This document shows positions 20,192 through 30,597 of a stretch of DNA of 64,000 nucleotides, piece after piece; within the stretch, counting starts at the first letter, position 1; each line of letters starts with the position of its first letter. Where the stretch lies: NCBI GenBank assembly GCA_030867685.1, contig JAQOWU010000008.1:496001-560000 (forward strand). Direction: 5' to 3'. A program made the translations under genes and the position numbers. The notes under the pieces are model-generated. The model saw only the letters and a list, made by a program, of their open reading frames with translations, had not been told where the DNA came from and ran no database searches. The DNA is from Wickerhamiella versatilis (lineage: Eukaryota).

Positions 20192-20255
20192 TACGAATTT
20201 TTTTTGATTTGAATCACAATCTTAGAGCTGCCATAGTTGGCAAGCTCAACTATAC

Positions 20256-20963
20256 TTACTTAAAAGGGTTGGCACACTTACGGTATTCCGCTTGACCTGT
20301 AATAGGGTCTATTACTTGCTGCCAGTCTATTGGGACAAGTTGTGTACCGGTGTGAGGATTCTGGGCAAACAGCACTCCCAAGTCATTTTTTGATGTCGTC
20401 AAGTAATAATGCTGGCCATCGCCAAGAGATGAAACATTGGCTCGTATAATGTCTCCTGGCTGGAATTGATCTTGGACTACGATTTTTTCACGTTCTGTTG
20501 CACGGATATCTTGGACACGAATTACTCCACCATAACCTTCACCAACCTCTGAGAGCTCAGCTCCACCTAATCCCGATGGCAAATGTACACTTCCATAAGG
20601 GGTAAGACCAACACCAGTATCCCCAGATATGTTTCCCCGATTCTCAACAGCTATTATCGATACTGTTACTTGCTGCGCATTTACACGCAACACCTGAGCA
20701 TATACGATGTCACCAATCTGTGGTAATTGGGACTCGCTTCTTCTTGAGTTGTTTTGGGAAACTTGCTGCTGAATATAAGGATTCTGGAATGCGTTTTGGA
20801 CATTCAACTTTGTAGAACCATCACCACAGCTCTCTGCCTGCAGCCGACCTAACAAGGTAGCTGTTAAATTGCCATCAGCTTTTTCAACACCTATTCCCGG
20901 GGTGTATTGCTTATCAGATGTTGACACAATAGGTTGACCAGGCACCACATATCCTGGAAGCAT
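20256..20963 (-). CDS. CSL4: Exosome cap subunit Csl4
   Basis: VVPGQ, LPQIGDIV, GVIRVQDIRATE, FQPGDIIRANVSSLGD..YYLTT..DLGV, EYRKCANP. Confidence 0.95.
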   Translation of the reverse strand: MLPGYVVPGQPIVSTSDKQYTPGIGVEKADGNLTATLLGRLQAESCGDGSTKLNVQNAFQNPYIQQQVSQNNSRRSESQLPQIGDIVYAQVLRVNAQQVTVSIIAVENRGNISGDTGVGLTPYGSVHLPSGLGGAELSEVGEGYGGVIRVQDIRATEREKIVVQDQFQPGDIIRANVSSLGDGQHYYLTTSKNDLGVLFAQNPHTGTQLVPIDWQQVIDPITGQAEYRKCANPFK

Positions 20964-21046
20964 GACTAAATTATAATTGACATCTTTCCATTATACCTTG
21001 AAGATTAAAAATCACTACATAAGTATGCTATATATTTTTGTACATT

Positions 21047-23002
21047 TCAGAAGAAGTGTGTGTTATCCTTGGAACTAGCATGAATAGGCATGCTTGATTT
21101 GTATGAATTAAGTTCTTGTTTGATCTGTTGTGCGAGCTGTGGTGTCAGACGATTACAAGTAGCTGGCTCAGGTCGTCGATCATATTCAGACGGTGAATAC
21201 GTATCATATACCACAATTTGCGATGTAAACTTTACCGCATGACAATTCGATTCATGCTTTGGATCTCTTTGACTGGTGCTAGACTTCAAAGAACTCTTGG
21301 AATCAGACTTGTCCATAACGGCTTGTTCGCTATTCGGTGGTTTTGATTCATCAAAGTCAAAATCAGGTGAAGCTGGTACAACCTCTTCATTCGCAACTTT
21401 TTCTTCATCCTTTTTATGATGGTCTTTATGGCTGAGTCGCCGCTCTAAGCTTTCCGTGTATTCGATAGAGGACAAAATAGCCCCAACGTCATGTGCATCA
21501 AGGTTGCGAGGAAATACGTCGCCAGCTGCAGGTCTTTCTTCATCGGTTTCTCGCAACGAACATGTATCTTCATCGCTATGATGTGATGAGTCTGGGTTCC
21601 ACTTCTCGGACAGCTTATGCGACAGATCGGAGAGCGAGGTAATGCTTCTACGGTTCCGCTGGGATGTCTTTGAGCTTTTGTGAGGAGGAAAACCAGGGTT
21701 ATTAGAATTTATAGGGGGTGCCTCAGGCATTGTAACCTGTGGATCTTTCTCTTTTCCATTAAAAAGTGTTTTTATCTTCGAGCGCAGTGAACCTAAAGAC
21801 TTGGACTTCCGCAAAGGAGCTCTTGTGATCGGGTCTTCTGTTACAGAACTACTGCTTTCCTCCTTGACTTCCTGGTAGGCAGGCTCGCTCTGTCTTGTGG
21901 ATGTTTTTGTCGAGGGTGCTTTAGACCTGGCAACTCGCGATCTGATCGGCTTCTCGTCAATACTTGTACCTGCCACATGATCTGGAATGGTGCAATCATC
22001 ATATTTCTTGGGCGATTTATCTGTTGGAAAGCTAAAGTTACGCCGTGACTTTTCGCTTGCTGGCTCATTCGCTTCTTGCATTGAAACCGGAACACCCCGA
22101 ACCAGATTGAAACTCTCAGAGGAATTATGCAACTCAGCAAGATGATGCGGCATTTGCTGCAAGTCTTTGATACTCTCCGCGACTACACTTCGGCGCAAGA
22201 GACCCGGTGGGAGCACGGGCTCATAGCTTCTTACATCATACCCGGTTGATCTGAAATATTCCGAAACTCTTCCACGAGAAGCCTCTGGAAATGAGTTAAC
22301 TTGCTCAGATGTTGTAGAATTCTGTGGCCCTTGGTTGCATTTCCCCGGAGATTGCTCCGTCTGATTTGATGAGTATTGTATTGATGAATCTGCTTGTTTT
22401 ATTGTAGGGTCTGATTGCTTGGCGAGTGTTCTTTGTTGATTCAATGTTCCTGCTTGGTCTTGAGAGGACCAGAAATTATCCTGAATCGCTTCCCTATTTT
22501 TAGCTGGCTGCAACTTTTCATTGCTAGGCTTCTCTTCGCCCACAGATGAGATCGATGAGGCGCGTGTTTTTGTTGATGAGGTATCGATGTCCAGGCTTGG
22601 AATACTACCGGTACTTCCAATTGTACTAATAGAATGGCGTGAACGATGGTAGCGATGTGGCACGGTATTCAAAGTGCTATGAGTGCTGTTTTCGTAGTTG
22701 GCTTCCTGATGCGGCGACTGCATTCTGGCGGACTCTGAACACTTCACAATTTCCTTAATTTGTACCTTACGCGGCATTGTTGTTATTGTCGCACGGCGAT
22801 ACTGAGAACTTGACATTTGACTTTGTTTCATGCTCTGAACTCCGAGGTCAGTTCCGTAAATACTCTGTCTTCCATATGCCTTGCTGTATGCCATTGTCAT
22901 GGCATCCTGGCTGCTAGGCTCTCTCTGGATTCCCAAATATAAATGAGGCGATGTTCTGTCGTAGGCCTGGGAAGCAGTTGACGAGTAGCCACTAAGAAAC
23001 AT
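21047..23002 (-). CDS. BNI4: Bni4-like PP1(Glc7)-targeting septin/bud-neck protein
   Basis: C-terminal VKF..IVVYDTYSPSEYDRRPEPATCNRLTPQLAQQIKQELNSYK..THFF domain; the rest is low-complexity. Start uncertain (first ATG 23002). Confidence 0.75.
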   Translation of the reverse strand: MFLSGYSSTASQAYDRTSPHLYLGIQREPSSQDAMTMAYSKAYGRQSIYGTDLGVQSMKQSQMSSSQYRRATITTMPRKVQIKEIVKCSESARMQSPHQEANYENSTHSTLNTVPHRYHRSRHSISTIGSTGSIPSLDIDTSSTKTRASSISSVGEEKPSNEKLQPAKNREAIQDNFWSSQDQAGTLNQQRTLAKQSDPTIKQADSSIQYSSNQTEQSPGKCNQGPQNSTTSEQVNSFPEASRGRVSEYFRSTGYDVRSYEPVLPPGLLRRSVVAESIKDLQQMPHHLAELHNSSESFNLVRGVPVSMQEANEPASEKSRRNFSFPTDKSPKKYDDCTIPDHVAGTSIDEKPIRSRVARSKAPSTKTSTRQSEPAYQEVKEESSSSVTEDPITRAPLRKSKSLGSLRSKIKTLFNGKEKDPQVTMPEAPPINSNNPGFPPHKSSKTSQRNRRSITSLSDLSHKLSEKWNPDSSHHSDEDTCSLRETDEERPAAGDVFPRNLDAHDVGAILSSIEYTESLERRLSHKDHHKKDEEKVANEEVVPASPDFDFDESKPPNSEQAVMDKSDSKSSLKSSTSQRDPKHESNCHAVKFTSQIVVYDTYSPSEYDRRPEPATCNRLTPQLAQQIKQELNSYKSSMPIHASSKDNTHFF

Positions 23003-23755
23003 TGGTACCAAAGTTGTAGGATGTGCAGCAATCGTTTTTTTTTGCGCTGTTAATTGGAGATCAAGATTTTTGAATAACAAGCAAGTACTCTCTAGAATGG
23101 CAGGTGCTTTCTTAAATCGCTCTTCTTTATCTCACTTGAAGAAAGGAATAAGAACTGTATATTATGGAATTTCCGTATACCCCAGTTCAGAATTCTACGT
23201 TTGCTGGAACTCTATGCCAACAGCTAAGCTGGTCTTTGTGCGTCAGAGAAGTCATAAATATTTCTAATTATGGACACACAGGGTACGGAAGGTATGCACA
23301 TCGGTTCACTCGGCTCCTTCTTCGAAGAAGTATCGCTGCCAATGAAATAATAATAATAATAAAAAACTTTTTTTCCGTTTTTTCCCATTCAGGTGAGACT
23401 GCTTTGTGTGTCTTCATCTGCTACAAGATCTCAGTCAAGTTCTGCATCGGTGCTTGCTGCAGTGTACCATCCTTATGCACCGAATGAATATGCGACTTCT
23501 CTAATTCTCTAACTGTAACAAAATTGGCCTGTTATCAACATTCCTATTAGGAATGATGCATGCTTATCCTGTGAGCTCCATCAAAAGGCTTATAAAATGA
23601 TTATTACGATCACAGACTCACGAGACTACATGGTTCTAGTTATAAATCTGTTATGAGTTTGATAAAATGAAAGACTTAAAGTATTAATGAATGAATTCGT
23701 TCGAAAATTCAGAGACATTCTAATGTTTGTTTGGAAGTTACCTAACCTTTTTGAT

Positions 23756-23825
23756 CTACGTTAGTACCAGAATTCTGAAACTACCAGTATGAATATCATT
23801 GAAAACGTCTAGTGACAGTTCTTAC
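23756..23825 (-). other. Putative 70-nt intron far upstream of BNI4-like ATG
   Basis: Minus strand GTAAGA(23825)...TACTAAC-GTAG(23756). Confidence 0.4.
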
Positions 23826-23904
23826 TTCCCCTACCTCTATATGCGGACCCACAAGTTGAAATATTTCACGTAACCAAATAGTAATCAATTTTATTTTCAG
23901 CTGG

Positions 23905-25797
23905 ATGTGGCGGCCAATATTTAGCCGAAGAGCACCCTCATTATGGTGCCGAAATGTATACAGCGCGGTGAGGGTCGCACGAGGCCCTAAAAATCGGCTT
24001 GAACAAAGCATAAAAGATGTGGATGCTGATATAAATTTAATTCGAGAGAAGGAATCTGAAGTACGAGAATTTATAGCTCGCGTCGATGAACGTAAACGTC
24101 AAAGACAGCTTGCCTTGACTTATTCTGCTAAGCCAGAGGTTGCTGCGACAGAGCAGGAAATTGCTGCATTTGAACAAGCACAACTGGAACCTATAGATAG
24201 GACGCCACTATTTCAATCTCAGCATGGACCACCACTCCCACGATCGATCATGGAAAAGATTGGAGGTAATGGAAGTAATGGAGAGCTGGTACTCTCTTCA
24301 AAAGGACGAAATTGGGGGATGATAGTGGGGTGTCTAGAGAACAAGGGTATTTCTGGGGTAACAACTGCAGACATGGAACAGTTCATCGCTCAGATACCTT
24401 CGCGCAGTCGATTACTTGTTGTACAAAGGTTAGAAAAACTGTTTTCTGGAACTCAAACACAGTTTTTCAAGGATAAGTTAATGGAGGCCTATGCGCTTGA
24501 AAGCTCTGTTGAGGTGGAAAGGATTCTAGCGACCTGCACGAAGCCTACTAAATATTCATTTGGCCATTTGGCAAAAGCTTTATTCCGTGAACGCAGGAAT
24601 CCAAAGAGCGTTGCAGCTGTCATTGTGCGCATGAGGAACGCAGGGCTTGAACCCAACTTGACCGTAATCACGACCGTTGTCCAGAGTTATATTGCAGCTG
24701 GTCAGTACAATGTTGCTTCTAGGGTCTTTGATGATCTCAAGTTTACTAGCTTGGATACTCAACCTGATACCAAACTATACAATTCCATGATACTGGTCGC
24801 TGCAAAAAGTTATAATGTAAATCGTGCCCTTGATTTATTTAACGAAATGGTTACTAGGCCTATAGACCCGCTGGTGCCAAATGAGGAAACATATGAACTT
24901 CTAGTTTACGCGTGTGCTCGCGATCCTAGCACTCATATGAAGGCGTGGCATCTTTTCATGGAGATGCGTGAACGTGGTGTAGCTGCTAGCTTAAAAGCGC
25001 TACATTCTTTGTTATACCTATGTGCGAGGACAGGTGAAATTCTGATTTCTCGTGCTCTTATTAGACAAATGTGGGCACAAGGCGTGTTGGATTCATTTTC
25101 CGTAAACTGCTTATTTCGCACATACGACTCTACTGTCCCTGGCAGGGTGATGTCTCCGGTTTTAGAGAGCGCGCTTGGACCGAAAATAAGGCAACATCTG
25201 CTTAGCCAAAGCACGGATGCACACTTTCGGACAGGCTTGCCATTGCTGCCGGTAATGATTCTCGATAAGGAGCTTCTAATAGCCGAAAGCAACGCTCTTA
25301 TGGAATTCTGGTGCGAGAAAAGCCCCGAACTTATTAAAAGAAAGCAGGATACATGGTCTCCAACCATTTACTCCTATATCAGAATGGCTATCAGCCTAGG
25401 TGATATGAAAGAATTTAAACGACGCATGAAGCTTTACACCGCTGTCGATGAAGAACAGTTTGGTAATCCTAGAAACACTGATATGATACGACTTGCACTA
25501 TCGGCATGCGTCACGTTCCGAGATCTGTCATATGCGAGAGAGCTCTGGGAAGAACATGGCCGCTATCGGAAAATACTTCCGGCTTCCAAGCGAAAAGCCA
25601 CAGATAAACTCATTGCTCGTGATATCGTTCAAATATTCGCTGTTTGCGGAAAGGTCAAAGAAGCAATTAAAACAGTAGAAGAGACGAAAAAACGACAGAG
25701 ATGGAGGCGCCGCCACGTCCAAATATTGTACGATGTGTGCGCTGAACACCATGATTTCGATTCTATTGCCCACTTGAACCGGATAATTCGTCGATAG
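23905..25797 (+). CDS. CCM1: Mitochondrial pentatricopeptide-repeat protein, Ccm1-like
   Basis: Mitochondrial presequence; PPR repeats with FDDLKFTS..QPDTKLYNSMI, RALDLFNEM..P..P..TY..L..ACAR, AESNAL. Confidence 0.8.
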   Translation: MWRPIFSRRAPSLWCRNVYSAVRVARGPKNRLEQSIKDVDADINLIREKESEVREFIARVDERKRQRQLALTYSAKPEVAATEQEIAAFEQAQLEPIDRTPLFQSQHGPPLPRSIMEKIGGNGSNGELVLSSKGRNWGMIVGCLENKGISGVTTADMEQFIAQIPSRSRLLVVQRLEKLFSGTQTQFFKDKLMEAYALESSVEVERILATCTKPTKYSFGHLAKALFRERRNPKSVAAVIVRMRNAGLEPNLTVITTVVQSYIAAGQYNVASRVFDDLKFTSLDTQPDTKLYNSMILVAAKSYNVNRALDLFNEMVTRPIDPLVPNEETYELLVYACARDPSTHMKAWHLFMEMRERGVAASLKALHSLLYLCARTGEILISRALIRQMWAQGVLDSFSVNCLFRTYDSTVPGRVMSPVLESALGPKIRQHLLSQSTDAHFRTGLPLLPVMILDKELLIAESNALMEFWCEKSPELIKRKQDTWSPTIYSYIRMAISLGDMKEFKRRMKLYTAVDEEQFGNPRNTDMIRLALSACVTFRDLSYARELWEEHGRYRKILPASKRKATDKLIARDIVQIFAVCGKVKEAIKTVEETKKRQRWRRRHVQILYDVCAEHHDFDSIAHLNRIIRR

Positions 25798-25829
25798 AAT
25801 CCACTTTTAGTATTTTATTTATTCACAAG

Positions 25830-26435
25830 CTAACTTCTAGAGAATAAGCGCGTACCAAGTGCATTCAGCAATCGGCTTGCAACACCGTTAGATACCTGAC
25901 CGATTAAAGTGTTTGCTCTCGAGAATTTGTCGCAGCGACTAAACGCAAAGGTGTTGGTGAGTACCAACACTAAGGCCAAAGCCACCTCAAGCAACCAAAT
26001 AAATTGAAGTTTGAGGAGTGCTAAAAACCCGAAAACACACCAAGCTGCGGGAACCCCGTAAAGAAACAGCCAAAAGCAACGCGAATCAATCGGATTAATA
26101 TACCTCTGAGGGTCAGCTGTTTCAAAAACCCACGTAGATTGGCCATCACTCGAAGTTTCGTTCCACCATCTGAGACCAACTAGTAAACGTCCACTTATAT
26201 TCTTAACATTCCAGAAATCTGCTGCAAGAAGCAAGCTTACGACAATAAATACGAGCACTGAGTTTTTGGTGATTAAGGAACCAAAAAAATACACAAACAG
26301 CGGGGCAACACGCAGGCAAATATAGAATACTGTGGCCAATGGATGACTTGACTCTTTCAAACGTTTGAAAATACTCCAATCTTGTGGATTTGGCAGATTG
26401 CCACCACTGCCCGCAGCAGACTCGACGTCCGTCAT
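25830..26435 (-). CDS. TVP23: Golgi membrane protein Tvp23
   Basis: SSHP, ADFWNVKNISGRLLVGLRWWNE, WVFET, DSRCFW. Confidence 0.95.
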   Translation of the reverse strand: MTDVESAAGSGGNLPNPQDWSIFKRLKESSHPLATVFYICLRVAPLFVYFFGSLITKNSVLVFIVVSLLLAADFWNVKNISGRLLVGLRWWNETSSDGQSTWVFETADPQRYINPIDSRCFWLFLYGVPAAWCVFGFLALLKLQFIWLLEVALALVLVLTNTFAFSRCDKFSRANTLIGQVSNGVASRLLNALGTRLFSRS

Positions 26436-26573
26436 GATGTATGTAATAAGAGACCCTACCAACCAGGGTGGGTCTCTACCCGGAAGCATCCTGCTGGTAG
26501 GGTGGGCATACCGGTCGAACAAAATTAGCAGCAATAATAATATTTTTTATGTACAGTTTAAATAGAGTTAATT

Positions 26574-26885
26574 TCAATCTGTGCTGGATGCCGAGGTATC
26601 TTCAGAATCATCGATAGACAACATATTTGTACCCGCCGACGCATCACGTTGCGCCTTCTTCTCCAGACGCTCTTTGCGCAAACGCTCGATCTCCATTTTT
26701 AATTCGACCCTATCTTTGGGAATCTGGTTAAGTCGTGCTGGGTCTGGCCAGAAGTCAGGAACGTTTAACTTGTCGTGCGTATGGCGTCCCAGATAGTACA
26801 TAAAAACAATAGGTGAAGAGACAAATACGGCATACCGGAAGATTTCCAGATTAACGCCCTTCGGAATGAAGTTACGGAACTTCAT
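26574..26885 (-). CDS. PET100: Cytochrome c oxidase assembly chaperone Pet100
   Basis: NLEIFRYAVFVSSPIVFMYYLG..LNVPDFWP..IP..ELKMEIERL. Confidence 0.85.
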   Translation of the reverse strand: MKFRNFIPKGVNLEIFRYAVFVSSPIVFMYYLGRHTHDKLNVPDFWPDPARLNQIPKDRVELKMEIERLRKERLEKKAQRDASAGTNMLSIDDSEDTSASSTD

Positions 26886-26963
26886 GAGTTCAGTATGGAT
26901 GTTGTACACGTAAGCAAGTAACCTAGAGATATATACAAAGGTGAATATTATAGTAAGAAATAG

Positions 26964-29579
26964 CTAGAACCACTCATCAACTTCAGGTGCAGTGATGGGA
27001 TATGAGGGAACGATGGCATCCGAATTCTGTACGTATGCAGCATTAAACATATTCCAATATGTTGTACGAACTTTTCGGGCTGGGTGAAATAGTCCGGCCC
27101 ATATGTAGCCTAGCATCGCGCCAGTTCCGACTGTTATTCGAATAGCATCAATTGCTTCCATTATTCTTGTTATCAAATGCGGGGAGGACTCAAATATGCT
27201 TGGGTGAAGCTCATTCAAAAAATGGATAAATACGTCTTCGTACCCGCTACCAATACAACCTAGGGCGATATGCTTGACAAGATCACCTGCAATCTGACGA
27301 TGCACCTGATTTCTGTCCGTTAGCGCATGATCCACAATGGGAACAACTGACCACACGTACTCACGGGCTCCTGGTCCAATGTATTCAAACAAGAAACTCA
27401 GCGCTTTGAGAGTTCCATGCTGGACATTCAAATCAGGTGACCGATATTCGTTCATCAGGGCGGGTATAACGGTAAATGGGCCACAAGTATCCGCAACCAT
27501 ACCGATTGCCACGGCTGTTGACACACGACTTTGGCGTTCAGGGGCACGTAGATTTTGTAGAAGCATTGCCAGAACATCCTGGGGACCAATTCCTTCAGAA
27601 ATATGCCCCAGTGTAGCATTTGCAGCTCTTTGAACCGCCTTTCTCGGAGACTTCATAAGTTCAAGCAGCTCAAAACTTATTCGCATCCACTCCCGAGCGT
27701 TCACAAACTCTGATCCTTGTTCAGCGATTATATCTACAAGCTTTACAGTCTCATGCTGTACTTCTTCGTTGCGATTCCGTAATATTGGTGTCAAGCGAGG
27801 AAGTAGGTCACCAACGGGTGGACGGAGATCCACGAGCGACGGAGCAGAGCGTACCACAGATGTCAGTGCACGAATGATGGCAGCAAGAACCTCTGGATAC
27901 TCTTCGCCCAATTGCTCATATAATATAGGACCAATACTGGATTGAACGGCTACAGAGCTTATAATACCGCCTAGTTCTGCAGATTCAACTCGTTTCGCTG
28001 GCGCGGGACTGGCGATACCCTTTAATGCCACTTCAGTGAATGAACCAATTGACTCTGAGACCCTTTGGGATCCAATGTTTTGCAGTACATTTGCAATTGC
28101 TCGAAGGAGAGATGGGTTCGCCCCTGCTGAAGCTGCAACTGCTGATAATAGTCCAGCCATAAGCCGATTAGCAGTTATATCACTCACATCGAGAAATGCT
28201 ACGGCGTCGAATCGTCCAAGAGTTTCGAGAGCTAGTTTCTGAAAAGGTTTTGATGGATCCAACAACGCATTAGTATCGATTACGTTTGCCAGTGTATTTC
28301 TTGCACATCTGGAAAGGTCCAACGTAGCGTTTCTCACCAGAATCGACATCTGCTGATCAAGTGCTATTCTGCGCACCCAAAACTTGCGAATAAATGTGAT
28401 CGCAGAAGATTCTGGGATTAAAGTAGCAGCCGAGAGACATTTCATGAAGACCTCAATAGATGCGCGGGAAATATCTCTATCCTCACTTTCGAACTGCCGG
28501 CTTACTGCGTCCAAAAGCATTGACACAAAGTCCTTGGAATTTTCGGGGTCAACCAAAGGCACCAAAGAGCCGATGGCTCGTAAAAAGCTTGCCAGAACAC
28601 GGCCTCTTGCACGCTTTATACCTGCCCACAAGGGGGGGATGACTTTTTCAAATGCTTCAATTCCGAAGGGATTTGCAGCATTTGCAAGAGAAACGATTGA
28701 CTGAGCAGCAGATATTCGTATTCTAGGCTTCTCATCACCAAGGGCTTCAGGGAGTAATATCGTCAGGCTTGGTAGGTAAGGTAGAATGGCACTGCCTACT
28801 TGCTGAGCCAGTTCACTAATAGCTCGATAACCAAGTAATCTTGGTGCCCAGCCTTTCCGCGTCAGACAAAGCGCCTGAAATAATGGCAGAAGTGTACCAA
28901 GCCCAACAACCTGAGCAATGACAGCTAATGCCACTGCCGTGGTGCGTCTCACCTTGTCATCATCTGATTCGAAGTCCTGGCGTAGCGGTTTAAGCACAGC
29001 CCTAAGTCCTAATAGCCGTACGAACTGGGCAACAAGCTCCCGAGCTTCAATACGGACTATTCTGTCGCTTGCTGACAGCCCAGGAAGAATTGCTGAGAAA
29101 ATATCATGTGAAAAAGGTTCGACTTCGCTTGCTTCAACTAGTGTCATTAATCGCGAAATGGTCTTACACAGTAAATGCCGCTCTGATATGTCAATCAATG
29201 GATCTTTGAGGAGATCAAGTATCACCGGTATCACTATTTCTGATCCAATTACAGCTACCTCCTGCCGGAGGTTACGAAGTGCTTGTTTACGGATTCCAGA
29301 AGTACCATTCTTAATTCGGAGAAGTAATCGCAAAGCACGACGATGCTTTATATCATTGATATTTTCCGTTTCTGGTGTACTCAGCAGTGCAAAGTACCGC
29401 GCATCCGATTCTTTGAAAAATTGAAGTTCACGGATTCCAGGTATCTCTTGAGGAAGCCGATAGTCATTGATAAGTTGGCTACGGGCGGATTCTGAAGGAG
29501 AAACATAATCTGGTGGAGGATTAACCACTGTATACCCCGCAGGCAGAATTACATCCAGCACAGCGTCATCATCAGGCAT
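26964..29579 (-). CDS. HSH155: U2 snRNP SF3b subunit 1 (SF3B1), divergent and N-terminally short
   Basis: LLLRIKNG, LYEQLGEEYPEVL, LLPRLTPILRNR, AREWMRISFELL, GPQDVL, GLFHPARKVR HEAT-repeat motifs. First ATG is 29579. Confidence 0.95.
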   Translation of the reverse strand: MPDDDAVLDVILPAGYTVVNPPPDYVSPSESARSQLINDYRLPQEIPGIRELQFFKESDARYFALLSTPETENINDIKHRRALRLLLRIKNGTSGIRKQALRNLRQEVAVIGSEIVIPVILDLLKDPLIDISERHLLCKTISRLMTLVEASEVEPFSHDIFSAILPGLSASDRIVRIEARELVAQFVRLLGLRAVLKPLRQDFESDDDKVRRTTAVALAVIAQVVGLGTLLPLFQALCLTRKGWAPRLLGYRAISELAQQVGSAILPYLPSLTILLPEALGDEKPRIRISAAQSIVSLANAANPFGIEAFEKVIPPLWAGIKRARGRVLASFLRAIGSLVPLVDPENSKDFVSMLLDAVSRQFESEDRDISRASIEVFMKCLSAATLIPESSAITFIRKFWVRRIALDQQMSILVRNATLDLSRCARNTLANVIDTNALLDPSKPFQKLALETLGRFDAVAFLDVSDITANRLMAGLLSAVAASAGANPSLLRAIANVLQNIGSQRVSESIGSFTEVALKGIASPAPAKRVESAELGGIISSVAVQSSIGPILYEQLGEEYPEVLAAIIRALTSVVRSAPSLVDLRPPVGDLLPRLTPILRNRNEEVQHETVKLVDIIAEQGSEFVNAREWMRISFELLELMKSPRKAVQRAANATLGHISEGIGPQDVLAMLLQNLRAPERQSRVSTAVAIGMVADTCGPFTVIPALMNEYRSPDLNVQHGTLKALSFLFEYIGPGAREYVWSVVPIVDHALTDRNQVHRQIAGDLVKHIALGCIGSGYEDVFIHFLNELHPSIFESSPHLITRIMEAIDAIRITVGTGAMLGYIWAGLFHPARKVRTTYWNMFNAAYVQNSDAIVPSYPITAPEVDEWF

Positions 29580-29933
29580 GTCTTCCTTGAAGACGATGAT
29601 GTGACTAACAGAGGCTCGTCTCTTGTCTATTCTCTCGCTACAGGACAAACTTTTTCGGATGCCCTCGCCAATCTCAGGTAAATAGTTGGTTATTATTGTT
29701 TTGGCAAATAGGATGTACTGATAGCTAGGTGTTGATATTCACAGAAGTAATTCCTTAGGGGCTTTTTTTTTGATTGCTTACACGGTTAGGATGATCCAAC
29801 TGCACGTTCAGTTCACATGCTACAATTTTCGAATAAAAATGCTATATATTAAAAACTTGAATCCTAGAAAACTAGGCATATCACTTATGTCCGAGGTTAG
29901 GGTGAGACCACCACTGCACTTCTGGACGCCACA

Positions 29934-30440
29934 ATGTCTGAAAACATATCACTGGAGGTCGAGGGAGGCCCAGCAGATCATGATGAAAAGGCAAAGGTCA
30001 GTTTATATGTTTATGATTTATCTCATGGTATGGCAAAGGTATATGGACCTCTATTTGGATTAGACATAGAAGGAGTATGGCACACGGCGGTAGTGGTTCA
30101 CCATAAAGAGATTTATTTTGGTTCGGGTATACTCGTAAGTGATCCTGGTAAAACTCATTTGGGGTCTCCTCAAAAAATCTTGGATATGGGCGTCACTGAA
30201 GTACCCTGGGAACTCATTGAGGATTACCTTGCATCTCTACGAGATAAATACAGCGCAGAGCATTACCATCTACTTAATCACAATTGCAATCACTTTTCAG
30301 ATGAGCTTTTAGATTTTTTGACGGGAACACATGTACCACAAAGCATTATGAGTGTTGCAGAGCAGGTGGCTGCCACTCCTCTGGGATCCATGATCAATGA
30401 TTCATTGGGTAATGACGGAGGTGCGTCTCTGGTGCCTTAA
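29934..30440 (+). CDS. PPPDE/DeSI family desumoylating isopeptidase
   Basis: LYVYDLS, GVWHTAVVV, YHLLNHNCNHFS (His-Cys dyad). Confidence 0.92.
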   Translation: MSENISLEVEGGPADHDEKAKVSLYVYDLSHGMAKVYGPLFGLDIEGVWHTAVVVHHKEIYFGSGILVSDPGKTHLGSPQKILDMGVTEVPWELIEDYLASLRDKYSAEHYHLLNHNCNHFSDELLDFLTGTHVPQSIMSVAEQVAATPLGSMINDSLGNDGGASLVP

Positions 30441-30597
30441 GTACTGTACTGTGGTTAAACTTAACACTGAATCTGATCTTAGGCTACTATGTTGAAAACA
30501 CGTGATGATGTTTTACATGTTGAAATGCTTTGTACATGTTGAAATTACGGTAGAGAAAAAAAGACTAGCATACCGTAAAGAGATAAGAACTTTCTTT

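Noticed and set aside
23070..23487. 65- and 107-aa plus-strand ORFs upstream of the BNI4-like gene
   Set aside because: Cross an (AAT)n microsatellite and T-tracts; composition is not protein-like
29603..29611. GACTAACAG branch/acceptor-like motif on the plus strand
   Set aside because: Antisense to the HSH155 start, with no donor or exon that makes sense
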